Origin: Octopus sinensis | Lineage: Eukaryota | Direction of reading: 5' to 3' | NCBI RefSeq assembly: GCF_006345805.1 | Contig: NC_043000.1 | Coordinates: 41,788,001-41,852,000, forward strand | DNA length: 64,000 nt | Part shown: in pieces, positions 37,468 through 51,137 of the stretch | How the letters are laid out: each line of letters opens with the position of its first letter | How positions within the stretch are numbered: position 1 is the stretch's first letter | The notes under the pieces: model-generated | The model's input: the letters and a program-made list of their open reading frames with translations, nothing else | Told to the model about the DNA's origin: nothing | The model's database searches: none | Position numbers and translations under genes: made by a program

Positions 37468-37560
37468 TTCCATAACCGGGCTATTTTGTACATAAGAGTG
37501 TTGTATTTATCTATGGTTTCGCTTTCCTTCTTGAATATTCGTGGGTCAAAGGCACATGTA
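37468..37560 (-). pseudogene. Short R4/Dong LINE endonuclease fragment
   Basis: CAFDPRIFKKESETIDKYNTLMYKIARLWK closely matches 40268-40362. Confidence 0.85.
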
Positions 37561-38019
37561 ACAACAGTTGTTCCAAGAGAGTTCTCCAAAGAACTCCACT
37601 CAGAATTTATGTTTCGCTAGAGTATGCTACGTTAAGCATTCATCACAGCTTTCACTCGAAAACAAACTGTCTCACAAATTCTACTGCATTATGCCTGGAT
37701 GCTGAAGCGGCTACTCGGCCGTTCAAACGTGAATATGATTTATGCCGACTTTTATGTTAACTGACATAGGCGGTTCAAACATCCCTAACATGTCTAACAT
37801 GCATAAAAATCTAAGTTAGTTCATTGCTGATATTTAATGAATGACAATCGACTTGAAAACAAAGAAATGATGCATTAGCTAAGAAGGATGAATGATTGTT
37901 TCAGTGCTTACATCTGATTTCAATTTACCTTAGTCTACGATCTTTTGAATTTTAAAAGCGTGCACCAAAGCACTGATAAGTAAAGGTATTTTCCTCTCTA
38001 ACTCTATAATCATTATCAA

Positions 38020-38258
38020 AAATAAAAAAGAAACAGCATATAGGTACACTACAACATAATTTCTTTTCCTCAACAGGTCCTGCCCTGTTTAACAATGTCC
38101 CGAAAGAGATCAAAGAGGAAAAGAATCCCACTACTTGAATGGACCGTAAACAAAACTTGACGTAAACAGGATTTAGATAATCCTATCAAGTGGTGCTATT
38201 AAGTTAGACTTGGCCTGGACCAATCTTTGGTCGAAACATATCTAAGTTTATCTAAGTT
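38020..38258 (+). mobile_element. CR1/L2-type LINE 3' end
   Basis: TLQHNFFSSTGPALFNNVPKEIKEE-like C-terminus, GACCA/TGGTC stem-loop, tandem tail TATCTAAGTT x2. Confidence 0.55.
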
Positions 38259-38635
38259 TATATATATTGTGGTACTCGAAGGAGTGAAAAAAATTAAGCG
38301 ACATGGATGAAGGACCAGGTTGTAAACGAATGTTACGTAGTCTTTTAAATGTACAGGTTAAGCAAATAATTTGTTTGAAATACCGAAAGAACGTGCCACC
38401 TAAGACACTAATGCAAGATTATGGAGGGTTTGAGTGTTTCAAGAAGCATCGTAATTTCTGCAATGCAACCATAAGTGGCAACACAGCAAGTGTTGACGAA
38501 AAAGGTGCGCACTTGCACACACACATGCTCACACACACACACACACACCACACACACACACACACACCACACACACACACACATACACACTCAAACATAA
38601 ATTGTTTATTTAAAGGACACAACACATGTCTTTAA

Positions 38636-38693
38636 GCGCCATTAATAGTTTCATATGTTGAGAAAAAATCTCAGGCATATATTCATCAGGCAC
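38636..38693 (-). ncRNA. Decayed hammerhead motif (probable PLE end)
   Basis: GTGC-CTGATGA-AT-ATATG..TGAGA/TCTCA..CATAT-GAAA-CTATTAA-TG-GCGC. Stems I and II pair; the cleavage triplet is broken. Confidence 0.5.
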
Positions 38694-39244
38694 AAATCAC
38701 ATATAACGAACTAAAAAAAATTGAATAAAAGAAGAAATGCGACAAAACTGAGAAGGCCGCATATAGAAAACGCGGAAGGTTAAAAAATGGAAAAGAAGAA
38801 AGTAAAAATAGAAATCTAAATTTAAAAAAAGGTAAACGTGTTATCCTCTTTATATACACGTACATACACATAGTTATAAGATTCAATAAATCTAGGTACA
38901 TCAACACATAGGACACCAGAAACGGTTTGGTACAATAACAAAAGGTTTACAGTGAGATCAAACAACACAAAACAATGACGGTATCAAATGATGGTAGGAT
39001 ACCATAGATATGTAAATATCAAATCCAATTGAAAGCGTAGATCGGACTCGTGGTTGGTTCTAGATGTGGCGTAGGTATATATATATTTATATACACACAC
39101 ACACACATACCACACACACACATATATATATATACATATATATACACATATATATGCGTGTGTATATATACACATATAAATATATGTGTGTATATACATA
39201 TTCATATGCATACATATAAATATATAAATATATATATATGTGCT

Positions 39245-40530
39245 ACGATGGTAATGAGACGGGGAGAGCTTGCCAGGAAAGAAGGCAAGTGGTGAAATGG
39301 TAAAAGCAATTCAATCTCAATCGAGCTATAAATACCTGAGAATACTTGAGGTAGATAGAATTAAACAACACGACATTAAGGAAAGCAAAAAAGAGAATAC
39401 CTGCGGCGCGTGAGTGAGATATTGGCTTCAGAGCTGAATGCTAGAAACGTAATTTCGGCAATAAACTCTTTCGCAGTCACAGTAGTGCGGTATGATCCTG
39501 AAATCCTGAAGTGGACAGAGAAGGAGTTAATGGAGATGAAAAGGAAGTCAAGAAAGCTCCTAAAAATGCACGGAGCTCCTCATCTACGTGCAGATACTGC
39601 TCGCTTATACATGAGGAGAGCAAATGGAGGAAGGAGACTGATAAGTGAGGAAGACTGCGTGCGTATCGAACTCGAGAGCTTAATGAGATACCAAGCCCAA
39701 AGTAAAGAAACCTTGCTAGTGACAGTTAGGAACAAGAGAGTAATGAGAGCAGAGAAAAAAGGGGAAAACAAAGGAAGAAGTACAAAAGGACATGAAGAAG
39801 AACTACGTAAGAAGAGACTACGCAATCAATTCCATGTAACCACAACAGAAGTTGCTGGAAAAAATAGGTGAGATTGGCTGATGAAAGGAATACTGAAAAA
39901 ATAAACCGAGAGCACTAGACTAGCAGTGCAGGGCCAAGCTCTGGACACAAATTGAAGGGTCAACATGAGGAATAAGCAAGTGTCTCCGTTGTGCTGCAAC
40001 TGCAATTAAGTGGATGAAACCTTTGCCCATGTCAGGAGCGAATGCCCTAGACTTGCCCAAAACAACTACAAGTTGTGACGATACGACCAAGTAGCGAAAG
40101 TGCTACATTGGAAGCTGTGCGAAAAGTGGGGGCTAGAGAGAGGCAAGACGTGGTAAGAGTACACTGCAGAGAGTGGTGAAGTCGGAGACTAGCAAAATCT
40201 TCTGGGATTTCCCAATCCAAACAGATCAGGTGTTAGAGCATGACAGACCGGACTATGTAGTTGATGTTGCATGTCCCTTTGACCCTCGAATAATCAAGAA
40301 AGAAGGCGAAAAGATAGATAAATACAACCCTCTTATGTACAAAATAGCCCGGTTATGGAAAATGAAGAAGGTGAAGATAGTACCAATTATTGGTGGGTCC
40401 TTGGCATCAAGGGAAATATAAGGTAAATTGGAATAGAGTGCCTAGTAGAACTGTAACAAAAACTTTACCTCCTTGGCACAGCCAGAATAACCAGGAGAGT
40501 ATTAGATAGCTGAAAAGTACGAATAGCATG
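39245..40530 (+). pseudogene. R4/Dong-clade non-LTR retrotransposon, 3' part (RT thumb, CCHC finger, restriction-like endonuclease)
   Basis: YKYL(R)ILE; SELNARNVISAINSFAV..RLYMRRANGGRRL; C..C...DETFAHVRSECP; IFWDFPIQTDQVLEHDRPD..DVACPFD..EKIDKY. Stops and frameshifts present. Confidence 0.9.
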
Positions 40531-40608
40531 GTACCGTATGCTAGAGGTAGGCTCCAAGAGCTCCAACAAAACATGTGATAAATAAAAAATACACCCCCCA
40601 CACACCCT

Positions 40609-40667
<59 letters not shown>

Positions 40668-41107
40668 TATACATATACTTGGACATGATCCTTTTTGGAC
40701 AAAATGGGGTTTGAAGTCTAACATCACACCATATAAAATCAAATGGAAAATTGTTAAAAAGTCCACACCATATCTCAGCGGATACAAAGAAATGCAAGCT
40801 ATGCAAGCTATGCAAGACCACAGACCCTTTCCAGATCTAAGAACGCCACTGAACTGCTGAATTCTAGAACTGAAATTTTCAGGGATGTAAATATATGGAT
40901 AAATTCCTGTTGGCAAAATTAAACATAAAATCTTCTCAAGATTGAGCAGCTGTACCGTAGACTCTAGGTCCCTGTCCATTCACCATTATTAGGGGTTTAT
41001 GGCCAAAGGAAACACAACTCTAATTCTCCTTTTTTTCTCCTTGAACACTATATATATCTTGTCAGATGGTGTACCATTTTGCTGATCAAGGAACAGTATA
41101 CTATATA

Positions 41108-41438
41108 AGGCGCATGGTTCAGAGGCTGGAGCGTCGGCCACACAATCACAAGGTAGTGTTTTCGATTTCCATACCGGGCTGTGTAATGCGCTTTTGAGCA
41201 ATACTCTTTATTTCACATTTCTCCAGTTCACTCATCTGTAGAAATGAGTTGCGACGTTGCTGGTGCCAAGCTGCATCGGATTTTGCCTTTCCCTTGGATA
41301 ACATCAGTGACGTGGGAGGGGAGGGCGGTATGCATGTGCGACCGCTGGTTTCCATAAGTAAATTTGCCTGGACTTATACATCGGAGGGGAACTTTCTTGG
41401 TGCAATCCCATGGTCACTCATGACCGAAGGAGGTCTTT
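41108..41438 (+). mobile_element. SINE family D
   Basis: Colinear with the reverse complement of 29744-30079. Confidence 0.88.
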
Positions 41439-41456
41439 ACATTTACCTATATATAT

Positions 41457-41498
<42 letters not shown>

Positions 41499-41514
41499 AT
41501 ATATATATATTATA

Positions 41515-41678
41515 TACCGGAGTAAACACATAAATGTGAAACAAGGTGGAAAAAAGAGTACTCAAATACCAGTGGTAGAGTAATATGCTTTATCTAGCAA
41601 AAACTGTCTGATGACGGCAACGAGAAGCTCAGAGTAACAGATTTTGTTGAATTTTCTGCTGCTTTAAATAAAGTATAT
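41515..41678 (+). mobile_element. TA-flanked PLE-like remnant with a decayed hammerhead (41604-41640)
   Basis: CTGT-CTGATGA-CGGCAACGA-GAAG-CTCAGAG-TA-ACAG. Short inversion signature ATATGCTTTAT / ATAAAGTATAT. Confidence 0.5.
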
Positions 41679-41748
41679 ATATATATATAACTTTCTTGGA
41701 AATGGATACATGTCGTTCAATCATAATAATATAAATAAAATATGTATA

Positions 41749-41799
<51 letters not shown>

Positions 41800-42652
41800 A
41801 TATATATATATATATGGCCTGTAACTGTATCTACAAATGCATGTCCGCCTTTCTTGGCACATACCTTCATGTTTATTTTCCCCTGTCATGTACATTCGTT
41901 TTTAATATCTGTATGAACTTAATCCTGTATCTATATATATATATATAGTTGTGATTATAACACTGTGCAGCCATGTTTCATGTGTGTCTCTTTATTACTA
42001 TAAGCATATGTAGGCACTGATCGTACAGATAGATATATGTATATATCTTTCGAGAGATTTCTTTATATATATTGTTGTACGTCAGTGTCTGTAAGAGTGA
42101 GTGTATTTCTATATATGTGAGGTGAGAGAGAGAGAGAGAGAGAGAGTGGGAGAGAGGGTAGAAGGGAACGTGCGTGCATGCGTGTGTGAAAGTGTGCGTG
42201 TATGTGTATGTGTGTCTCTGTTTATACGTGTATATATGTGTATGCATGTGTGTTTATGTATATATTTATATATATATAATATATACACACACACATATGT
42301 GTGTTTGTGAGTGTATACATATATATATATACAAACACACATACACACTCATGTATGTATATGTGTATGCATTTAAGTATATACGCATATATAAGTATGT
42401 TTATATGTTCATGTGTGTGAATGCGTGTGTTCCTCTCTGGGGGTTATTCTCTCTCTCTTTCTCTTTAAATTTTGGCTTCTCTCATTTTCTGTCCCTGTCC
42501 ATTGTTTTATTTTTTTGTCAGGGTGGTTATTGTCAGACATACGTACGATGTTTAAGTGTGTATTAATATACATATTTATTCCACCTATTTTTTTCTTTTT
42601 CGTCTATGCGATTGAATAATTTATTTATAGAGGATTTCGTGATTCAGCTGTG

Positions 42653-42687
<35 letters not shown>

Positions 42688-43272
42688 CACACAATACACA
42701 CACATTTATATATATATATTTACTGAATTATCAAATTTTCTGGGAGTGGCTTCTATCTTTCAATCTTTATGTTCCATTTCTTACGATGATCCTCTCAATG
42801 TAAGTAAATGCTTTCCCAAATATACTTGCACTTCATTTCAGATGCTCTGAGGAAGTTATAAAGGTAGTGCACTAACACTCACCTCTGAGTGCACTGCGAG
42901 TTATAGCAGAAATAACTGTTAGCTAATGAAGTTGATTTCGTAATTCCTATTGCCTTGTTTATATCATTACGCTCTGTATTGCCCTAACACTTTATTATGA
43001 AGTATATGTATATTGTGTTCTACCTTGCTATTAGTAACGTTATGTCAAAAGGAAATGTTGATGCTTGTATGTGTGTGTGTGTGTGTGTGTGTGCGTGTGC
43101 GTGTGTGTGTGCGTGCGTACACACGCAGCGTGTGTAGATTTGAGTGGGTGTATCTGTGTATGAGTGTCTACGCACAAGTATAACGTATCTTCCTATGATA
43201 AGTGATTTTAAAATAGGCATAATACTAAACAGTAGAAACCGTTAGTTGATACCATCGACCCCAGTATTAGAC

Positions 43273-43525
43273 GTGGAGGCGCACTGCTTAGTGGTTTGGG
43301 TGTTAGACTTATGATCGTAAGATTGTGGTTTCGATTCTTGTGCCGGGCGATGCGTTGGCGTTTTCGAGCAAAATACTTCAATTCGTATTGTTCCAGTCGA
43401 CTCAACTGGTAAAAGTGAGTAATCCTGCGACAGACAGGCGTCCCATCCAGGTGGGGAATATATACCTCATGAAAATGAGAAACTGGCCCTTATGAGTCGG
43501 TACAACTCCAGAAGGAAACTTTACC
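43273..43525 (+). mobile_element. SINE family D relative with a different 3' tail, inserted in a SINE A relic
   Basis: GTGGAGGCGC..AGTGG, GGTTTCGATTC, CGAGCAAAATACTT..CCAGTCGACTCAACTG. Flanks repeat ATTAGAC. Confidence 0.7.
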
Positions 43526-43549
43526 TTTTATTAGACGGGTACCTCACAA

Positions 43550-44670
43550 TATTAGACTGGTATCTCACTTTCTCGATCCGGAGGGATGAAATGCATGGTT
43601 GACCGTAAAGACCCAGAAGAAATACCACAAAGTAGTGCGGGAAATACATAAAGTGTGCAGGAAAGCACTTTAATGGTTCTGTCATCCCGCTATTTTGCAT
43701 GTCCTTATAATAATCCTTTTTACTATAGGCACAGACCTGAAATTTACTAGGAGCGAGCTGGTCAGTTAGATTGACGTTTTTGATTGACGTTTTTGCTTGA
43801 CTCAGAAAGAACGAAGATCAAAGAATTTGAAATCAGATCGTAAAGACGGACGAAATGCCGCTAAGCATTTTGTTCAGGGTGTTAACAATGCCGCTAACTT
43901 ACATTTCTTTCATATCCTGACAAGATAGTTTGAAATTTTGGCACAAAGCTAGCAAGTTCGGAAGAGGGTGTAAGTCATTTACATTGACTTCGGGGCTCAA
44001 TACATATTTATGTTATCGACTCCTAACGGGGTCGATGAAATTCCTTGGTGGAATTTGAACTCAACGTAATGACGGGAGAAATGTCACTAAGTATCTTTTC
44101 CGACGTGCTAACAATCCTACCAGCTCGCCACCCTGCGTATCCTCAGAATAATGACTAGCAGAAAAGCACCCAGAATGAGGTGTTTTCGCTAGTTTATATT
44201 TATATACATTATTTTGTTCGAAATTAATCTAAGCGTTATGGCTCCCTTATTTGCACTGACTGGTTAATATATATTGATTTTTTTAAACATTTTCACAAAG
44301 CCACACCTGTTGGAGGAGAGATTAGTCGATTAAATCGTCCTCAGAACTTGATTGCTACTCCATATTATCGATCCCGTAATGATGAAAAGCAATTAAATTC
44401 TGCAAGTGCTAATCATACACGCTCTACCGATTTTGCTGAGCCATCGCTTTTACTGGGTAATACATATTAATATCTTAAAAGGGTACAGTAACCCCTATTT
44501 GGATAAAGGGAACTGTCGATTATGTTTACAGAGCATTTTGCTGTCGCTTTATTTTATAAACCCCGGCAGTATGAAAGGGAAAGTTAACTTCAGTGGGATT
44601 TGAATTGAGAACGAAAAGATGCGGAACAAATACCACAAGTCTTAAGCTTCTACCAGTGTACCACCCTTAC
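43550..44670 (-). mobile_element. Cluster of about five old, co-oriented SINE family A relics
   Basis: Diverged core/head motifs at ~43570, 43800, 44010, 44365 and 44555. Confidence 0.65.
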
Positions 44671-44794
44671 CAGGAAATAGGTTTTGGCAGCAATACGTCT
44701 ACGTTATAAACGGTCTAACATGCCTTAAAACAGAAATTTACTCGTACAATGACTGTCACTTTCACATTGTTGAATGGTTAATACAAGATATCAG

Positions 44795-44825
<31 letters not shown>

Positions 44826-44827
<2 letters not shown>

Positions 44828-45008
44828 TCTTTACTCTTTTACTCTTTTCAGTCATTTAACTGCGGCCATGCTGGAGCACCGCCTTTAATCGAGCAACTCG
44901 ACCCCGGGACTTATTCTTTTGTAAGCCCAGTTAACGGTGACATAAACACACCAGCATCGGTTGTCAAGCAATGCTAGGGGGACAAACACAGACACACAAA
45001 CACACACA

Positions 45009-45057
<49 letters not shown>

Positions 45058-45238
45058 TACATATATATATATATACGACAGGCTTCTTTTCAGTTTCCGT
45101 CTACCAAATCCACTCACAAGGCTTTGGTCGGCCCGAGGCTATAGTAGAAGACACTTGCCCAAGGTGCCACGCAGTGGGACTGAACCCGGAACCATGTGGT
45201 TGGTAACAAGCTACTTACCACACAGCCACTCCTGCGCC
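44826..45238 (-). mobile_element. SINE family B
   Basis: Reverse-complement match with internal microsatellite. Confidence 0.92.
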
Positions 45239-46142
45239 TATATATATATATATATATAGATATATATATATATAATATATATATATATAATATATCTTAT
45301 ATATATATGTATGTATGTATGTATGTATATATATATAATATAGATAGATAGATACTCTAGATAAATTTATTGATCTATTCTTACTTTACAACTCCAATAT
45401 ACACAACCTTCTTCCCCATACAAAGTTCTATACCATGTTTCATACTATGGCCTTTATGTATAAATTTTATCAGATAACGGTTTGCAGACGTTTACTCAAC
45501 ATGCAGGAATAGAACACCTACTTTGTATATCTCAAATAATTTTCTGAAGATCTTGAACTGAAACAGCTGTAAGGGATGTTTGTCAATTTTTTAATTAATA
45601 AATAATAATTTATCAATTATCTCTATATTTTCTTATCTTATAATAATAACTAAATATGTAGAAACCACAGTTTATATAGTTACCTTGCAGTTGATTATTA
45701 ACTATAATATTCAACATTCTTATTTTTGGTATCTAATCAGTAATTTGATATGATTTTGCTATCGCTCAATGAGGTTTGTAACTTTTATCTGAACGCATAT
45801 TTGTGTGTGCATGTGTGTGTGTGCACGCACGCGTTCTCCTGGTTAGTTTGGAGAAAGGACAGTAGGCAGGACCTCTGCAGGTTTTACGAGGACAAGTTGG
45901 TAAGAGGAATATGGTTAAAATTTAGCGTAAACTTATCTTTTACCTTTTACTCGCTTCAGCTATCGGACTGCTGGCATACAGGGAGACTGGCTTGGATAGC
46001 TTTTAGTTATAAATCAACACCAGTACTTATCTTTTTAAAGTCTAATACTTATTCAATAAGTATCTATTGCCGAAAAGAGATGTAAACAAACCAACACTGC
46101 TTGTGAAGCTTAAAATGAGAAGACACGGATCAAATCAAATGG

Positions 46143-46497
46143 GGGTCAACTTTGGCGTGTGATCCACAAACTAAAAGACGATTACTTTAGGTTCCTTTTT
46201 AGTTTACTTTTCAATTGCTAAAAACCCTTAACATTTTGGCTAAGTTCTTTTGTACATACTTAGCATTGTAAATCTATTTTTTCAAATACTTACTATAATA
46301 ATAATAATATTGAAATTACGATTCACTTATGTCTTAGCGAATAATAATAAGGAACCAAGAATAAACAATTTAATAATTAAAATAAGCGTGTGGATGAAAC
46401 ACGTTTGGCAGCTGCGAGTTTGCCACGTAATGAAACTAAAAACTAACCTAAAGTAATCGCCCTTGAAGTTGTAGGTCACACGCCAAAGTAGCACCGA
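46143..46497. mobile_element. MITE with ~65 bp imperfect TIRs
   Basis: ACTTTGGCGTGTGA..CGATTACTTTAGGTT..TTTTAGTTT is mirrored by AAACTAAAAACTAACCTAAAGTAATCG..TCACACGCCAAAGT. Confidence 0.75.
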
Positions 46498-47067
46498 AAA
46501 TGGCTATAGGAGTGTTTGTAGATATGTGTATGGATGTGTGTTGTTGTTGTTTGTGTACGTATGAATCTATATACATGCTAGATTATTTGTTTTGATGAAA
46601 TGTAATGGCTGTTTTCAATGTCCGATTGCTTTTTCTTCTATTTTGATCGCGTGTATATATTATGATTATATTTGACAGTATTTTATCAAGTGTGATTCAT
46701 TCATTTTATTTTAAATTTTGACTCCGTTAATAGGTTATTTAGTTTCATATATGAGAATAATTCTTCATCATATCTTAGTTCCTTATGGAGACTACAATTA
46801 CCAAAATGCATTGCTATAGAAATAAGTGAATTGCAAATAAAAACAAAACGAGGCACCATTGAAACGTTTGAAAAGTCACCTGAGGGGACCTACAATGCAC
46901 TGCGACTGTTTATACAAAATCTCACCAGCAAGGCATCGGTGTTTGATTGGTCGAAAAGATCGTAGTGAATAAAGAGAAAGAGTTTCGTGAATTTCCTTTC
47001 CTTTCTCTCATATTATATACATATCCACCATGTATATACATACTCACACACGCACATACTCATTCAA

Positions 47068-47111
<44 letters not shown>

Positions 47112-47149
47112 ACACATATATTATATATATATATATATATATCTATATA

Positions 47150-47222
<73 letters not shown>

Positions 47223-47241
47223 AACACACCACACACATACA

Positions 47242-47625
47242 TTATTGTGGTCTAGAGAGTCATTCTCTTTTAGTGCCAGTCTTATATCCACTCATTTACT
47301 TATTTTTTACAAAATGTTTCGCTGCGACTTGCAACCTTTTCAATAGTCGTTGATTCTGTCCGTTATGTAACACTCGACAGCCTACACACTCCTAATGCCT
47401 TTTCCGCTCGACCTCAGTATATTTATACACATTAAAGAATACACACATACATACATTGTTATATTGTATTGTAACACACATAGGTTGTTGTATTATATTG
47501 TAAAGATCTTTTTGCAAGTCGCAACGAAAATTTTAGTAAAAAATAAGTAAATGGATGGAAATCGGTCCGGTGCGTATGTTAAAGTAAAAAGGCACTAAAA
47601 GAGAATGACTTTCCCCAGACAATAA
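47242..47625. mobile_element. MITE with ~95 bp imperfect TIRs (Tc1/mariner-like); related fragments at ~49835-50100
   Basis: TTATTGT..AGTCATTCTCTTTTAGTGCC..CATTTACTTATTTTTTAC..GCGACTTGCAA is mirrored at 47508-47625. Interior AGCCTACACACTCC..TTAAAGAATACAC recurs at ~50021-50085. Confidence 0.75.
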
Positions 47626-47684
47626 AATATGATTCAACACACGATTTCACATAAAGAATCTCGAAAACCACATACAAAAACGAA

Positions 47685-47765
<81 letters not shown>

Positions 47766-48610
47766 AAACAATTCCGTGGGGAATGTATATATATATACAT
47801 ACATACATATATTCATACAGACACACATAAATATATATTTATACTTATATATATATATATATATATATATACATACACACATATTATTGTGTTTAGAAAT
47901 ATTAATAACAACGTTGTTGTATATGAAGTCGATTACAACAGAATCAAGTTTATGTCAAGTAACTCTAAAATTAAAACTCTATATACCAGTGTAAAATTAC
48001 TTCTGGTAATGAAGTATTTTTTTATATAGGCAGTTCTAAAAGAATTTCTAATAATTACTCTGCATTTAGGGATAGGAATAAACGAAACACTACAGGGCTT
48101 AGTAAATTAATTTGGTATCTAAAAGACCACTATAAACAATTTAATTTAGATTGGTCGATTTTCTCAATTTCGATCCCTTTTGATAAAGGCATGGAATTCT
48201 GTCTTCTCTGTAATTCTGAACTATTTTTTATTCTTTTTTCTAAAACCGCCCCTGTAAACACGGTTATAGAGCTAGCACACCGATGCAAACATTGGCAGAA
48301 ATACACCTTTAGTTCATATAAGCGATATCTATCATTATGTATATTTGAAACATCAGTTTTCTTCTTACATTTCACATTCACTAGATATATATTTTTCCAA
48401 GACTTTAGGGTTTTATTTAATTTACATATCGTTATATACTTCTCATTTATTTTGGTGTTTTCTTTCCTTTAACCATCCTCATTCTATAGGCTAGCTTTGA
48501 CGTTATATTCTCTAACGTTTTTTTATAACAAACTTAATAGCGTTCAGTTAATCTCTATACATATCCATTATATTCTGTTAAAATGTCTTATTGACGAGTT
48601 TCATTTCTTC

Positions 48611-48699
48611 ATTTCCCTGAAGAGAAGATTACAATCTTTTACACCATTTTATTCCTTTGGAATAATACCAGTGATATCTTCGAAACATGTGTCGGAAGT
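48611..48699 (+). ncRNA. Canonical type I hammerhead ribozyme with extended stem II
   Basis: ATTTCC-CTGAAGA-GAAGAT..(46 nt)..ATCTTC-GAAA-CATGTG-TC-GGAAGT. All core positions intact, G10.1-C11.1, GUC site (cleavage after 48693). About 40 nt upstream of a TA-rich end. Confidence 0.82.
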
Positions 48700-49048
48700 A
48701 AAACAATTTGAATAACACCTGCGTTTCACTCCATTTATATATTTATATATATTATACAAAATATTTCACATAAACCCGGAGCTTCTACCTTTAAAAACAA
48801 GGAGTTATACACTTTTTACTCGTGTGATTTTTTGCTACCCTGGTAACTATTTATCTATTTTTTCCGTATTAATTTTTAACAAGGGAAAATACGCACTTCT
48901 ATTAATATATACATAGATAGGTTTATACATATATGCGAGTGTATCTGCGTGTGTATATAAGGGATAGGGACTTTCTTTTTATTGGTGTCATTTGTTTAAA
49001 TATCTTTTTCCATATATATAATATATATATTATATATATAGAATATAT

Positions 49049-49125
<77 letters not shown>

Positions 49126-49640
49126 CATACATACATACATACATACATACATACATACATTACATACAAATACATACATACATACACACACACATATATA
49201 TATATATAAATTCTATAATTATGATCATAATTATAATTAGGGTTCAGCAGAATTATGGCTTCACCACATACCGAAATTTAAAAATAGCAGTTAAAATACT
49301 ATTCTACTACCAAAGATATCTCACAGACAGCAATATTTAATTTATTATTATTGTTGTTGTTATTATTATATTATTATAATATATATATATATTATATATA
49401 TATATAGATATAATATATAACGATAGAATAATGGTTTTCTAGAAATTTCCATCAATAATGTATTTTCAAAAATTATCGTTGATTTCACGTAAGTTCCGCT
49501 AGAATTAATAGAAATATGGTGAAAAATATGGAGAGAAGAATGAAAGGGAGAGGAAGGCGGCAATAACAATACGGATTACAACAGTAACGACAATACACAG
49601 CAATATACATATATGTGTGTGTGTGTGTATGTGTGTGTGT

Positions 49641-49693
<53 letters not shown>

Positions 49694-49915
49694 ACGTTTC
49701 TATGTGTAATGTGCGTAATATGTGTGTATTTTTGTGAATTGTAGTGTGTGATCTTGTGTCGTTTTGCCCTTGATTTATGCCGGTTATTTAGTATTTGCAC
49801 CGGTGAGAGGTGGCCAATATTGTTACATTCACAACGCCATTGTTGTATTGTATTGTAACGATCTTCTGAAGATATACTAATACCTATGTGTATGTGTGGG
49901 TGTGTGTCAATATAC

Positions 49916-49959
<44 letters not shown>

Positions 49960-50515
49960 GTGCGCACGCTTACAATTTTAGAGAAAAATGCAACTCTTGC
50001 GACTTTCTGAAGCACTTGATAGCCTACACACTCCTTATTCCATTCCCATTCAACCTCTGTTTATGTATACGAATTAAAGAATACACGCATACATACACAT
50101 ATATTTGTTAGCACACTAAGCATAGAAATAGCCACGCGTACTAACAAAGGTGCAGAGTTCGTTCTTCGTATCTTATCTCTTTCTCTGTCAGTTCACAAAT
50201 ATATACCCATGAACCTGTTCATTCTTATAGACATATTCCCACCAATATATATATATATATATATTTGTATGCATGTATGTATGTATGTATGTATGCATGC
50301 ATGTATGTATATGTATACACACACAAACAGACACACATATAAACACATGCATACATACGTAGGCATATCAAAGACTGCTTCGCTACCATATAGACTGAGG
50401 TTCAGTCCCCATCGCAGTACCTTGGGCAAGGGTCTGTTTTATATAGCTCCAACCCAACCACTGCCCTCTTAGTGGGTTGATAAAGAGAAACTGAAAGCAG
50501 TTCATCATATGTGTT

Positions 50516-50571
<56 letters not shown>

Positions 50572-50572
50572 T

Positions 50573-50607
<35 letters not shown>

Positions 50608-50879
50608 CACACACACTTGAGAAAAAGAAGGCAGTCAAAATTTTGGATAATTCTTTATTAAAGCTTTCGTTTTTATCGAACTGGTCAAGTATACTTTTTA
50701 TACAGTAAATAAAGTGTATGTTGACTAAAAAACTAATTTCTAATTGCATTTATTCATTTAAGTATTTGCGTACACCTTGATCGTCATATGATCTTGGCAT
50801 GCGATATCTCTTTGGCAAGCTCTATGTCTAGTCTAATTTCATTCAGCTCTCTAAGAAACTTCATAAGCTAAATCTATAT

Positions 50880-50993
50880 GATAAAAATTAGCGGTAATCA
50901 GTTAGCGTTAGCTTCCGCTAACTAATTGTTTTTTACATGTTTAGCGGTTAGCGTTTTTGAAGCTAATTTTGGGGTTAGATGTGCCCACCACTG
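50880..50993 (-). mobile_element. Single end of a hAT-like element
   Basis: Minus strand CAGTGGTGGGCAC terminus with repeated GCTAA(C) subterminal motifs. Confidence 0.5.
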
Positions 50994-50998
50994 TAATA

Positions 50999-51045
<47 letters not shown>

Positions 51046-51084
51046 TATATATAGAATATATATATGTATATATATTATATAATG

Positions 51085-51137
<53 letters not shown>

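Noticed and set aside
40608-41100. ORFs 40608-40979 and 40989-41201
   Set aside because: No recognisable domain, and they run into simple repeats or a SINE.
42735-42865. Donor AAT|GTAAGT and nearby TTTCAG acceptor
   Set aside because: The implied intron is only ~42 bp and no coherent exon frame was found.
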